A stretch of 64,000 nucleotides of DNA. It comes from Camelus dromedarius. Taxonomy: Eukaryota. The DNA is taken from contig NC_087436.1 in assembly GCF_036321535.1 (NCBI RefSeq), positions 94,862,001 through 94,926,000 of the forward strand. The letters run 5' to 3'. The notes below the pieces were generated by a model. That model searched no databases, had not been told where the DNA came from, and saw only the letters and a list, made by a program, of their open reading frames with translations. A program made the position numbers and the translations under genes. Position 1 is the first letter of the stretch. Each line of letters opens with the position of its first letter. Of this stretch, positions 39,970-52,104 are shown in pieces.

Positions 39970-40899
39970 CTAGAAATGACAAAAAAGCAAAAAAGCAAAA
40001 AAAAAAAAAAAAAAGCTTTTAGAAGGGTTTCAAGTAATAACTGGCATTTACTACTAAAGCCAAGCATAATAAAGATGTTTTTTTTGCTCATTTTTGGAGT
40101 GTGCAGCAGGATCACTGCAATCAAGTGAGAAATTTCCAGTCTGTAATTAGAACTGAGTTTTACTTCGCCTTTAACTGATTAAAATTGTGTGGGCAAACCT
40201 CTGTTATAAAGTGAGAATGGTAACAGCCACCTTACTGGCAGGTGCAAAATTAGTGCTAAGCAATCTGTAGAGAAGAAATTTTCCTGAAACTTAATGATTG
40301 TCTAAAAGGAGTCAGTGAACAATAGCTTCAACCAGTAGTCCCTGTGTCATAAGACACTTGCAGTAACTTTTCTAAAAAGACGACGCACAGTCGTGACTCC
40401 CGGAAGCTTACCTACAGGTAGCCATGATACTGTGGGCTAAGGCTCGGCTTTAATGCAGGGATAGTGTTTGGAGAGAGTCCATGTAAGATTACCAAAAACA
40501 AGCAAGATTCTGTTTTTGGAAGTAGCAAAGTTGCAAATTAATCCTCCTACTGATAATAGTTACAGATTTGGGATAAAATATAATAACTATTGAAGGGCAT
40601 TGAAGAGCAGCCAAAAGCAGGTAGAAATTGGAAAGGTATCATTCGTCAAAGAAGAGAAATCTACTGAGATTCATCTCTATATACCTTTTCACCTGAGTGC
40701 AGGTCCACGAGGCACAGGATGGCTAGAGCTTAAACAGTGAAGTCTTAGTCTTACTAGCTGGGAGAGTCAGAACACTCTGAGGCTGCCAGAGCTACTAAAA
40801 TGTGAGGGAGAAGATCCTGAAAAGGGGTTATGCCAAAATCTGCATATAAGCCCTGTGGAAGTCCAATCTTCTGCTGGACTTTTAAGAAGTACAGTTCCT

Positions 40900-41107
40900 T
40901 GTTGTAGGGAGTGCCACGTGTCAAAGTTGCAGACTGCCTTTAGGAGCTGAAGGCCTCAGTCCTCTGATCAAAGTCTACAAACAAATAGTCTGGATGAAGA
41001 CTTTGAGCCTCAGGAGAATGCAGCTCCAGCCAACTGCAGCCTTGTCAGGCCCTGAACAGAAGGCACAGCTAAGCCATGCCTACCCTACTGACCCAGAAAC
41101 TGAGATA
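40900..41107 (+). mobile_element. MLT1 (MaLR) LTR fragment interrupted by the L1
   Basis: aggagctgaaggcctcagtcc...ctgcagccttgtcaggccctgaacagaaggcacagctaagcc...cagaaactgagata. Confidence 0.65.
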
Positions 41108-44100
41108 GGTTCTGGTTCAAGATGGTGATGTAGGAGGCTCCTGAAGTACTCCTCCCACAGACACAGTGAATCTACAGCTATGTACAGAATAATTCCCTCT
41201 GAGAAATATCTAGAAAATAGCCAAGCAACTCCTATGCATCCAGTAAACAAGGAAAAGCCCACATCAGGGTGGGTGGGAGAGGCTGACATGATCTTTCCAT
41301 TTTCCTGCCCCTCCGTGCAGTCATACCACAGCTGGGAGGGGATCACAGCTCCCAGCTTCTCCCAAGGAGTGACGGGTTTGGACCCCACATCTGGTCTCCG
41401 ACTTAAGCCTTCTACCTCAGAGACAGGCCTTCCAAACCTGTAGCTTGAGAAAGCTGCTGGGCTTTGTATCCACAAGCTCTCCAAGGATAGTGTGAACTAA
41501 GAAACAGTTCTAAATGGGGTTGTTTGGACCCATGGTGGCTAATCCTCCAGGTAGGGTCCAGTGCAGAGGTAGCAGGTTGAAATGCATCCAGTCTTTCTAT
41601 GAAAGAGACCTGTCTGCTTATCTTCAGAGTTTTGGCCTGAGGGGCAGTCTTCTAATTTAACACACATCTAGGAGCCAACTGAAAATAACCCAGAGACAGC
41701 ATAGGCCAGCAGTGCCATCTCTGTGCTCTCCCTCTGCCTTGCTCTAAGTTGCCAGTATCTTCCAGAAAGGAGCTTGTGTCCAAGTCTGGTGCTGCATCCA
41801 GGTAACACCCCTGGATGTCACCTGGCTCTGGTGGCCAGCCGGGCTTACGTCCACAGGTCTTACTGGACAGAAACAAACAGAATCAGTTCTTAACCAACTA
41901 TCCCCTAGGACTCAATGCAGAGGCAAGAGACAGAAATGCCTAGTCTTTCCATGAAAGAGGCCTATTTGCTTATCTTAATAATTGTGGCCTGAGAGTCCAG
42001 CTTTCCAGCAGCCTGCATCTAGCTGCTGGCTGAGATGCTCCTTTTGGAACACTGACAGGTCTTAGCACACCCTCAACTACAGGGAGCCACTAAGAACAAG
42101 GTGGCTGTTCAAACAGTCACAAAGTTTTGACAGACAACCAAGAACTAGGGTAAGGTAGAAAAATAAGGCTCATTTTCTACATGAGACCACTCCTTCAAGA
42201 CTGGGAGAAGTGGCTGTTTTATCTAATGCATAGAACCCACAGAGTGTCATGGAAAATGATGAAACAGAGAGACAGGCTCCAAATGAAAGAACAAGATAAA
42301 ACCTCAGAAAAAGAAGTTAAACATAAGTGATTCACCTGATGATAAAAGAGTTCAAATGAGTCATCAAGACACTCATCAAGGTCAGGAGAATGATGCATGA
42401 ACAGAGACTTTCAATAAAGAGAAAATAAGAAAATACCAAACTGAGATCGGAGAGCTGAACTGAAAAATACAACAGGGGGGGTTCAGCAGCAGACTACATG
42501 AAGCGAAAGAGGGACCAGTAGTGAACAGGGCAGTGGAACTCATCCAATCGGCACAGCAAGAAAAAAGAATGAAAAAGTGATTACAGCCTAAGGGACTTAC
42601 AGGAGAACATCAAGCTGACCAATATTCACATTATAGGAGCTCCAAAGGAAAAAGAAAGGGGCAAGAAACTCATTTGAAGAAATAATGGCTGAAAACTTAT
42701 CTAGCTTGGGGAAGGAAACATGTCTATATCCAGGAAGCCCAGACAGTTGCAAATAAGATGAACACAAAGAGGCTCACACCAAGACACCAAGTATAATTAA
42801 ACTGTCAAAATTTAAAGACAAGGGAGAATCTTAAAAGCAGCAAAAGAAAACAACTTGTTATGTACAATGGAACCCCCCATAAGACCATCAGCTGATTTTT
42901 CAGCAGACACTTTGCAGGCTAGAAGAGGGGTCTGATATATTCAAAGTGCTGAAAGAGAAAAAACAAAAAAAACCTCTGCCAACCAAGAATACTCTACCTG
43001 GCAAAGCCACCCTTCAGTTCTGAAGGAAAGAGAAAGAGTTTTCCAGACAAGGAAAAGCTAAGGAGGGTTCATCACCACTAGACTGGCCTTTTAGGAAATG
43101 TTAAAGGACTTTAAGCTAAAACACAAGGGCACTAATTAATAATAGGAAAATATATGAAATTGTAAATCTCAATGGTAAAGGTAAATATATAATTAAATTC
43201 AGAATAATGGTAGGTACTTATAAATCTAGTATGAAAGTTAAAAGGCAAAAATAAAAAAATAACTATAATCACAATGATTTGTTAATGGATAAACAAAAAG
43301 ATAAAAATTGTGACATCAAAAACAGAACTGTGGATGGGGAGAGTAAACATGGAGAGCTTTAGAAGGCATTTGAACTTAAGTTGTTATCAACTTCAAATAG
43401 ACTGTTAATGATACAATTTATATAAGCCTCATGGTATCCACAAAGTAAAACCTATAGTAGACAAAAGATGATAAGAAAGAAACCTAAGGGTACCAGTACA
43501 GAAAACAAAGGAAGAGAAGGGAGCAAGAAAAGAAGAAACAAAGAAATTACAAAACAGCCAGAAAACAATTAACAAAATGGCAGGAAGTCCCTTTCTATCA
43601 ATAATTACTTTAAATATAAGTTCTCTGATCAAAAGACAGAATGAATAAAAACCAAAGTGCTGCCTACAAGAGACCCACAGACTGAAAGGGAAGGAATGGA
43701 AAAAAATATTCCATGCTAATGGAAAGCAGAAGAAAGCTTGAGTAGCTATACCTACTTACATCAGACAAAATAGACTTTAAAACAAAGACTGTAATAAGGA
43801 ACAGAGAGACCATTATATAAAGAAAAGGGGTCAGTCCACAAGAGGATGTAACATTTGTAAATATTTATGAACCTAACGTAGGAACACCTAAATATATAGA
43901 GCAAGTATTAATATACTTCAAGGGAGAAAGAGCAATACAATAATAGTAGGGGACTTTATTACCCCACTTTCATCAGTGGATAGATTTTCATTTGAAATAA
44001 AATCAATAAGGAAACACTGGTCTTAAGTGACATACATGTTAGACCAGATGGACTTAACATGACAATGACAGAACATTCCATCTAAAAGCAGCAGAATACA

Positions 44101-44520
44101 CATTATTCTCAAGCACACATGGAACATTCCCCAGGACAGATCACAGGTAAGGCCACAAAGCAAGTCTTACTAAATTTAGAAGACAGTCATAACAGGCATC
44201 TTTTCTGACCACGATGGTATGGAACTAGAAATCAATTACAAGAAGAAAACTGGAAAATTCACAAATATGTGGAGATTCAACAACACGCTACTCAACAACC
44301 ACTGGCCAACAAGTACATGAAAAGATGTTCAACATCATTATCATTACAGAAACGCAAATCAAAACCACAGACACCACTTCACATCTACTGGGATGACTCT
44401 ACTCAGAAAGGCAGACAATATCAATTGTTGGTGGGGATGTGGGGAAACTGGAACCCCTGTAGGCTGCTGGTGGGAGTGGGAGAGATTGCGGGTGCTGCAG
44501 GAAGCAGTTTGGAATCTCCG
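41108..44520 (+). mobile_element. Decayed LINE-1: 5' UTR, ORF1, ORF2 endonuclease region, then a jump to the ORF2 C-terminal region
   Basis: 5' end ttcaagatgg; ORF1-like 42250-43110 (atccaggaagcccaga...ccataagaccatcagctgatttt); EN-like 43575-44300 (aataatagtaggggacttt, tctgaccacgatggtatggaactagaaatcaa). Many frameshifts and stops. Confidence 0.88.
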
Positions 44521-45444
44521 AAGAACAGCCAAAAGGCCAGTGGGGCTGCAGCATGGTGAGCAGAGGAGGAGGCTGGGGCCTGCTCATACAGAGTCTCTTA
44601 GGCTCTTTGTTTTTGCAGGTGCAATAAAAAGCCCCCAGAGGAAGGGAACAAGGTACACTGGAGGCACACTGAGAGGACTTGCCCATGGACTGGGTGATGG
44701 GTGGTGAGGGTAGCATCAATCAAAGATAATGTCCAGATTTCCATCCTGACCAGCTGGTTGGGTGGAGCTACCAAGGGAGGGAAGACTGCAAGAACAGGTT
44801 TTATGTGAAAACCTGGAGTTCATTTTATCTAGGTTTAGTGCTGTGTCAGGGACTAATCCTCCTTTTTACTTTTAATTCAAGACTCTTCTGAGTTTTTGGC
44901 AGGGGCTTTTGGCTTCCCGGCTATCGACTACATTTCCCTGCCTCCTCGCTTGCAGTATGTGTTGCCGTATGAGGAAATCCTTGCCAGTGGAGTGCGGGTG
45001 GAAGGAATATGTGCAGCTTCCGTGAGACAAAAATGAAACTTGGAAAGGAAAAGAAATGGGGATTTTTCAAGTCTCTGGAAGCAAAAATTTTTACAGTATT
45101 TTCTCCTGAACTATAAAACTTTAAAAAACTCCATTGTTATTAGCTGGCTGTAGTTTTAATGGACTGATTAAAAAGAAGCCCATGTGATTGGATAAAATGT
45201 GTTCTGGTTGGAATCCATGATGCTGCTTGGCCAAATGACCTTTGTCACTATGGAGACCACAACTTGCATTTTAGCTTTTTTTTTTTTAAGTTCATCAAAG
45301 GTGTGTTGTTTGTTCAAATCTGACAAGTTACATGATGCACAAAAAAGAGTCAGTGCCAAAACAAACTGTAAAGCTGTGTCTACCCTGTGGACCTCGTGTC
45401 CTGGAAGGTGAGTGGACGGCTTGGCACTTACCTGCACCTGCCAC

Positions 45445-45556
45445 TCACTGCTCCACCTCTGTCCGCAGGTACGGGGTACAGTCTGGGATTTTTTTCAGTT
45501 GAGCAAAGTTTAATCTTTCTGAACACATAGGACATGTGCTTTCAGTATTTAACATG
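45445..45556 (-). CDS. WDR19: WDR19 last coding exon (exon 36 eq.; exon extends to 45432 with 13 nt of UTR)
   Basis: aaacag|C ATG TTA...CAG TGA gtggcaggtgcag|gtaagt; [36 protein letters not shown]. Confidence 0.95.
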
Positions 45557-45884
45557 CTGTTTGGGGAAGGAAAGGCAGAGTAGATTAAATATGCAGTATT
45601 CCCTTTGGTTATTGTGATGTGGAAAACGACTGTTCCTTTCTACCTCTTAGTACGTGTTCACCATGAGATTTAAGAATTAGGAATACTGAGTCTCATGCAA
45701 GATCCTTCCCTTTAAGTAAAATGTTCTTAAAGGTCATAGAAGATTCTTCCAAGAAGATAACTTGGGTCTTTAGAGATTTTTTTAGGAACATGAACAAATA
45801 AGGAGACCTCAGAATAAAAGAGGCTGAATGAAAGGCCCATTTTCCGATAAATCTGTATGACTCAGTGAAACAATACACACTTAC

Positions 45885-45961
45885 ATCTTGAATTCTGAGT
45901 ACAGAGCAGGGAAGTCGCAATGTGGACACACTGTCCAGTCATCCTTCAGCATATGTCGACC
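45885..45961 (-). CDS. WDR19: WDR19 coding exon (exon 35 eq.), 77 nt
   Basis: ttccag|GGT...AAG AT|gtaagt; [25 protein letters not shown]. Confidence 0.96.
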
Positions 45962-46705
45962 CTGGAAACAGTAAGTTGAAGAGTAAAATTAATCTTTATG
46001 TTTAAGACTCAGCATTATTCAGTTATAATACACAGTTACAGGTAAAAGACCGCTAAATTATGAAACTACTGATACTTCACATAGATGGTTAGTTGATCAG
46101 AAAGACGACATCAAAAGGACAAAAGCCAAGTTTCATTTATCAGATTCAGGTATAAAAGAACAATCTTCAATATTGTGACATCCTTACCTAACTTTGCTTT
46201 CTTTAAAGTAAAGCTTATATTAGCCTAGTGATTAGTAAATAATCTGATACTTAAAATTTTTCTAATAATAGGTCTTAAAGTTTATAATAAAAACCACTAC
46301 TTATTAAGTGCTGCAGCATGCCAGGTGTGGTATTAAGGTTTCATACATGTTCTCTCATCAACCTGCAGTTTATCTTACTAGGCAAGTATTGTTAAGGATG
46401 GACCTAGCAAGGAAAAAGCAAACCACATCAGGTTATGTAGCCAATAACTGGCAGAAAGAGGCTCTAAGCCCAGGACTGTCTGACCCCCAAGCGTGTGCCA
46501 CCCTGCCCCGAGTGCCTTCCTGGTACTCAGATTTTTATATGCCTTGAATATAACTTCCAACCTTGCTGATCATGAAATTATATGCTAATGTTGCAGGAAA
46601 TTAGAGGGGGAAGAGAGATTCAGAAGTAAAAAAAGTATTGACACACATCAAGCATTCGAATGGTTATAGACATACGCCAAGAAAGGGAGAGGATGACAAA
46701 CGTAC

Positions 46706-46829
46706 TGTTGCAATGCAATATGGGATGTTATTTTTACATCCAGGACAGAGGAGTTCACACTCTGGTAGAAGAAATTCACAGAATGGACATGGGGTTGTGG
46801 CCTCTTCTGTCTCAGACGTATCAGGTCTC
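46706..46829 (-). CDS. WDR19: WDR19 coding exon (exon 34 eq.), 124 nt, Cys-rich
   Basis: tcacag|G AGA...ACA|gtacgt; [41 protein letters not shown]. Confidence 0.96.
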
Positions 46830-47144
46830 CTGTGAGGGAGAATCACATGTAATGCACTTACTTCTTCAGACTCTTTGAGACTACAGATACTTAACAAGCT
46901 CGCCATCGGCCCAGGCTGCAGCCCAGGGAAGGGGAAGAGGAATAAAGACCGGTCAGACGGTAGCATCGTGTAGGCCACCTTTGGGAGTTGGAGTTCACAG
47001 TACACTGTGTGGCAGAAAACATGGGCGGGTCTGGCTGTCTCCTGTCTTCCTTGCCCCGGAGCAGCGAGCTCGCACCTGTCTCTCCCTCTGTGTGCTGAAG
47101 GGGCCAAGGCTGCCCGGAGCTGTGCCGCACAACCTCCCGTGACA

Positions 47145-47310
47145 GTGGCAGGGCTCTAATTCTGTGCGCTCAGCGCGGCAGCCACGAGCCACGTGGAGCT
47201 CAGAGCACCTGAAATGCGGGCAGTACGAGGAAGTAGGTTTCAAATTTTAGTCACTTTTAATTAATTTAAATATAAACAGCCACACGTGGCTGGCAGGTAC
47301 CGTATCAGAC
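47145..47310. mobile_element. MER3-like hAT-Charlie fossil, unusually CpG-rich
   Basis: gcagccacgagccacgtgg...gagcacctgaaatgcgg...ttttaattaatttaaatataaacagccacacgtggctgg. Confidence 0.7.
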
Positions 47311-47944
47311 CTCATAGCTACAGAGCCCTCTTGCGCAGGGAGAGAATAACCAGCGCCTCTTCCAGGCCGGCAGCCAGACTGCTGTGGCACGAAATGGGGG
47401 TGGGGGGGTTTCGTGTGCTCCAGCACTTTCCCCGCCTCACTCCGCTGGCAGGTGTGCTGGGTCAGCCTGATTTGGTCTGAAGCTACTCTGGCTTATCATA
47501 AAAAAAAAGGAAGTGCTCATGCAGCCCTGTCCAGGTTTGAGTTCTCTACCATGAGCCCAGCTAACAAAAACGCAGCGCTTGCTTCCCTTCAGTGCTCCGG
47601 GAGCAGCCATCTCCCGTGGCTGAGGTGAGAGTTCTGGGTCAAGATTCAGGTACACGAGGGTTCCCTGGTCATAACGGGACTAACAAGTGCCCCGAATGTC
47701 ATCACTACCTGGAACAGTAGTGGTACAGAATTACTACATGACTGCAATGAATTTTTCCTTTTGCAAACGCGAGTGCTACTGTTCCCTGGTTTTCCTGTAG
47801 AAAACCCGGCCGCTTCACCGCTTTCTGAAGTGAGGACATGCCTGATGTGCCTTAGGAGCTACACAGGGTTTGGAAACGAACTCTTCTCTGGCAGTAGGCA
47901 CTGTAATTACCAAGTTTCTTACACCAAGAAATAGTTACTCTCGA

Positions 47945-48070
47945 GGGGAGGGTATAGCTCAAGTGGTAGAGTGCATGCTTAGCATGCACAACGTCCTAGG
48001 TTCAATCCCCAGTACTCCCACTAAAAATAAATAGATAAACCTAGTCCCTCCCCCAACAAATAAATTTTTT
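47945..48070 (+). mobile_element. tRNA-derived SINE, camelid Vic-1-like
   Basis: ggggagggtatagctcaagtggtagagtgcatgcttagcatgcac...ggttcaatccccagtac; imperfect TSD aaatagttactct / aaaaagtcactct. Confidence 0.85.
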
Positions 48071-48099
48071 AAAAAGTCACTCTTTGGCCCTCTCTGGCA

Positions 48100-48540
48100 G
48101 GCACTGTTTGCTGCCTACCTAATAGCCACCCTTTCCTTCTTCCTTGCCAACAGAACTTTGTTTCTCCTCAGCAATGTGCTTCTCAGCTAGAAGCAGCCAT
48201 CCAGAGCTGCCCCTGCGTGCAAGTCCAGGGGCTGGTGTCTTTCCTAACTAAAAAGGCAAGGACCTTGTGGTCTTTTAATTTCCCTACTTCTTCCTGCATT
48301 GAATGGGGACTTGGTATCTCGAGTCGCGGCAGACAACCGCAACCATGCAGCCACGAGGGGGAAACTTCTCTGCTCTGGGTGGTAAAGCTGGAAGGTGGAG
48401 GGAATCTGTCCTTGGTGGCATCAGGACAGCAGAACCAGCCCTGGGCTACAATGCCTTGCATATGAGTCAAGTAACTCCTGACCTGTTTAAGCCCTCGTTG
48501 GGTTTCTTGCTGCTGGCCACTGAGTACAGTCCTAATTGCT
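48100..48540 (+). mobile_element. Old MaLR/ERVL-type LTR (MLT1/LTR16-like)
   Basis: aagctggaaggtggagggaatctgtccttggtggcatcagg...ctgtttaagccctcgttgggtttcttg. Confidence 0.5.
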
Positions 48541-48647
48541 CCCCCTCAATCTGTGTTCTTGTTGAGTCCACACTTCAGCAGCTATGTTCTGAAAGATACT
48601 CTTGTGAAATGTGGGATCAGATGGTAGAAACAGCTGTCACCGCCCAC

Positions 48648-48798
48648 CTGACCATTGCCTCGATCTTCTTTTTGTACTTGGCATCTAGCTTGCTGCGGTA
48701 CTCGGGCCTCATCAACATAGCTGCAAAGCTGAAGGCAGACTTCTTCAAGCCGGCCCTGTGACACTCGATCACGGTCGACGTCAGGATGGGCACGATGT
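48648..48798 (-). CDS. WDR19: WDR19 coding exon (exon 33 eq.), 151 nt
   Basis: ttgcag|AC ATC...GTC AG|gtgggc; [49 protein letters not shown]. Confidence 0.96.
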
Positions 48799-49404
48799 CT
48801 GCAATGCAAATGGAGTTGAGTTGCAGAGAGAGCACGTCGCCTCTGCTGGCGTGATGCCCTCCCTGCTCCAGGGCAGGCAGGCTCGCTCCTCTCTAAATCT
48901 AAACAGAACCAGACAGGACCTGTTTAATGAGGACCTGCTTAACCAGATAGGACCTGTTTAGGCACAGCAGGGGAGTCAGGTAACTGCTCATCACCTCGTC
49001 TTTCCTGATTATACTGTATTTTGCCTGTAACGCCAGGACCCCCACTCCCTCCAGGTAGCCTTTTGTGTGCGTCCTTCCCTGCCTCTGGGATACAGTTTTG
49101 CATTTGACAGGGCTGCTGATGAATGGGTGAAGGAGGTTAACAATTTCATGCACTAACCTCTCTGCATGCACCTGTTTTTCTAGCACAAGTACCTAGAAGT
49201 TGGATTACTGGCTCAAAGAACAGGACTTAAAAAACAAACAAACAAAAACACTCTTAGCACAAACTGCCAAACTGCTTTCTAGAAAGGCCATACCAATGTC
49301 CCCCACCAGTAGTCATGACAGTGCCTGTCCAATCTCACGCTTTGCCAGCACAGTGTACAATTATTTCAGTCTTTTCCATGTAACAAAAAAGAACACATTT
49401 AGAG

Positions 49405-49725
49405 AACAGGGATTTCTGAATGTTGACCTGTGGACCAAATTTGGCCCTCTGATTTTGTATGGCCCGTGAACTAAGAAAGGCTTTTATATTTTTAAATGGT
49501 TGAAAAATATCAAAAGGGAAAGAAAATTTTGTGACATGTGAAAGTTATATGAGGTTTAAATTTTAGTGTCCAGAAGAATGAAGTTCTGTTGGAACACAGC
49601 CATGCTCATTTACCTATGGTTCACACCAAAACAGCAGAGTTGAATAGTTGGGACAGGGACCATGTAGCCCACAAACCCTGAACATTTGACATCTGACATT
49701 TTTCAGAAAAATCTGTTGACCTCTA
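49405..49725. mobile_element. MER58-like hAT-Charlie fossil
   Basis: ggcccgtgaactaagaaaggcttttatatttttaaatggttgaaaaa...ttggaacacagccatgctcattt. Confidence 0.75.
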
Positions 49726-49959
49726 TCGTAGAATGTGACAAAATAGAATCACTGAAGAGTGCTATAATGACACGTCTTTTAGAATAATGGGACCTTTTTC
49801 AGAGGCAGTGGCCTATAGTGGTTGAGAACACAGTCAGACCTATATTAGCTGGCAGTATGATCTCGGGCCCAGGTTACCTCACTTTTTTGTCCCAGTTTGC
49901 TTATCTGTAAAATAGGGTAAAGAATAATAGGACACGTGTGCAGTCTTGAGACAGTTAGC

Positions 49960-50455
49960 CTTAGAAAGACCTGCTTGAGAGGTTGGTCCTGGGCTGGCAC
50001 CTGGGAACTTGGGTTTGGGGAGAGTTCCCGCCATTTCCAGAACTGAGGAGAGTGGACCCCTGTGCCTGAACTCTTTGTATGAACAATGTGGTTTATGCTG
50101 AGCACTTGCCTTCTGGGAACCTGGCAACTTGGTACATGCCAAGCAGGGGGGGTGCCTCCATGACCAGCCCCCAAGACCACACCCAGGCACTGAGTCTCTT
50201 GTGAGCGCCCTGCTGGACGCCATCTTACATATGTTGGCGGGAGGTGTTGGGTGCATCCTGTGTGGCTGGTCTGGGAGGACTCTTGGACGCTTGCATCTGT
50301 CCTCCAGACCCCACCCCAGGGCTTCTCCCCTTTGCCGATTTTGCTTTGTATCCTTTCCCTGTAAAAAGCCTTAGCTCTAGACTACTATATGTTGAGTTGT
50401 GTGAGTCCTCCTAGTGAGTTATCAAACCTGGGGTGTTCTTGGGGGCCCTGGTTAT
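49960..50455 (+). mobile_element. MER21-like ERVL LTR inserted in a MIR
   Basis: gctggcacctgggaacttgg...tggtttatgctgagcacttgccttctggg...gagtcctcctagtgagttatcaaacctgggg; MIR-like flanks at 49805-49935 and 50455-50490. Confidence 0.7.
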
Positions 50456-50543
50456 ACCACTTCATGGGTTGTAAGGACTGACTGAGTTGATAGTGTGGAG
50501 AAGAGTGGCTGCAGAGCTGGTGAGGACAGAGCTCCTCAGGCTA

Positions 50544-50774
<231 letters not shown>

Positions 50775-52104
50775 TCACAGGACCCCTGCAGCCTTCCCTG
50801 GCTAAGGCGGTTCGGGGTTTCTCCCTTACTCCTCTCCTCCCAGAAGCTGCTGCCTCGCACCACGACCTCACCAGGCTCACCCCTACTCTACCACCTGCTT
50901 TTCACTTTGCCCTAGACCACTCGACGTGAGTTCAAATCCTTGGTCCATCACAGTGGCCATGATTGCGGGATTAACAACATGAACTTTACCAAGTTGTGTG
51001 ACCTGAAAACTGAGCTAGTCAGGCAGAGGAGAGAGGATGAGTTGTTACAGGAAGAGGGCGCTGCTTGTGGGAAGGGAAAGAGGCAACCCCGGCTGGAGGG
51101 GCCTGGGATTAGGTAGAGTAGGATGTGAGATGCAAGGAGGAGGTCCACTTGGGATGGTGTGAGGCTGGAGAGTTGGCAGGGCCAGGCCACGACGTCACTG
51201 CTGTCGTCCAGGTGAGAGGAGAGCGGGGGTAGAGTGGGGGGTAGAGAAGCAGATAGACTTGGAGTCAGAACTGATGGTATTTGTGACAATGTGAAGGGTG
51301 AGTACAGAGTAACTCCCAGGCATCAGGTCTGAGCAGATGGATGATGGCATAATTTACTGCGCACTATGATGTACTACGTATTAACTGAATCTAAAGACAG
51401 TGAAGGGCAGCCCCTGCTGCTTGTCCTCCCCTGCCCTCCACCGACTCCCCTGGGCCTCCGACTGCCCAGTTCAGCCCTCCACATGCAAAGGTCCCAGGCT
51501 GTCCTTCAGCCCAGGTCCCTGTCCCAGCTCTGGGGAGGAAGCATCCACCAAAGCCGGGCCTCCATTTCCCTTGAAATGTGGATGCCTTTCTCCAGGTCTT
51601 GGTTTCAAAGATGCCTCTGGCATTTTTATCTCAATTAGTTCTTACCTGGTAACGTCTCATAGCTTTCCTTTTGATACCACAAATAGTTAAAAATCTTGAA
51701 AGTGTTGGTGCTCGAATAAGAGACTAGAGCAGAGGGGAAAAGCCCCATGAGTGCTCTTCAGAGGGAGGGAGGAGGATGTCTGGTCCAATGGAGAAGATGG
51801 GCCAGCTCTTAGGGCCGGAGGGAAAGAAAAAGGATTGAGAACCACCCCTTTGGCTTATGGTGGAAGGAAGCCCTGGTCCTGGAGGCTTCTTACAGGAATC
51901 CTTACTTTTGTTCCCGTCTTCCATCGACTTATTTCTCCCCTAAAGGCTCCATTTTGCTGGATTCTGAGCCCCCAGCACGTGGGCACCACCCCTCGTGTCT
52001 GAAGCTGAGGAAGACCTCCCTCCCCCTTTGTAGTCCTTTCGGTACAAGAGTATTTGCAAGTTGGAATTCTAAATTTTCCCTTACCATCAATACTACAGGC
52101 CCTT

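Noticed and set aside
41080..41484. 134-aa antisense ORF in the L1 5' UTR as an ORF0-like gene
   Set aside because: Non-ATG start, lies in a decayed element, and has no recognisable similarity; ORF0 is described for primate L1.
47945..48020. tRNA gene (also 17400-17475 and 56793-56865)
   Set aside because: A/B boxes are present, but A-rich tails, TSDs and three dispersed similar copies indicate SINEs; no clean cloverleaf.
46664..48835. Several 70-150 aa ORFs on both strands
   Set aside because: They are WDR19 exons 33/34 extended into introns, or chance ORFs favoured by high local GC.
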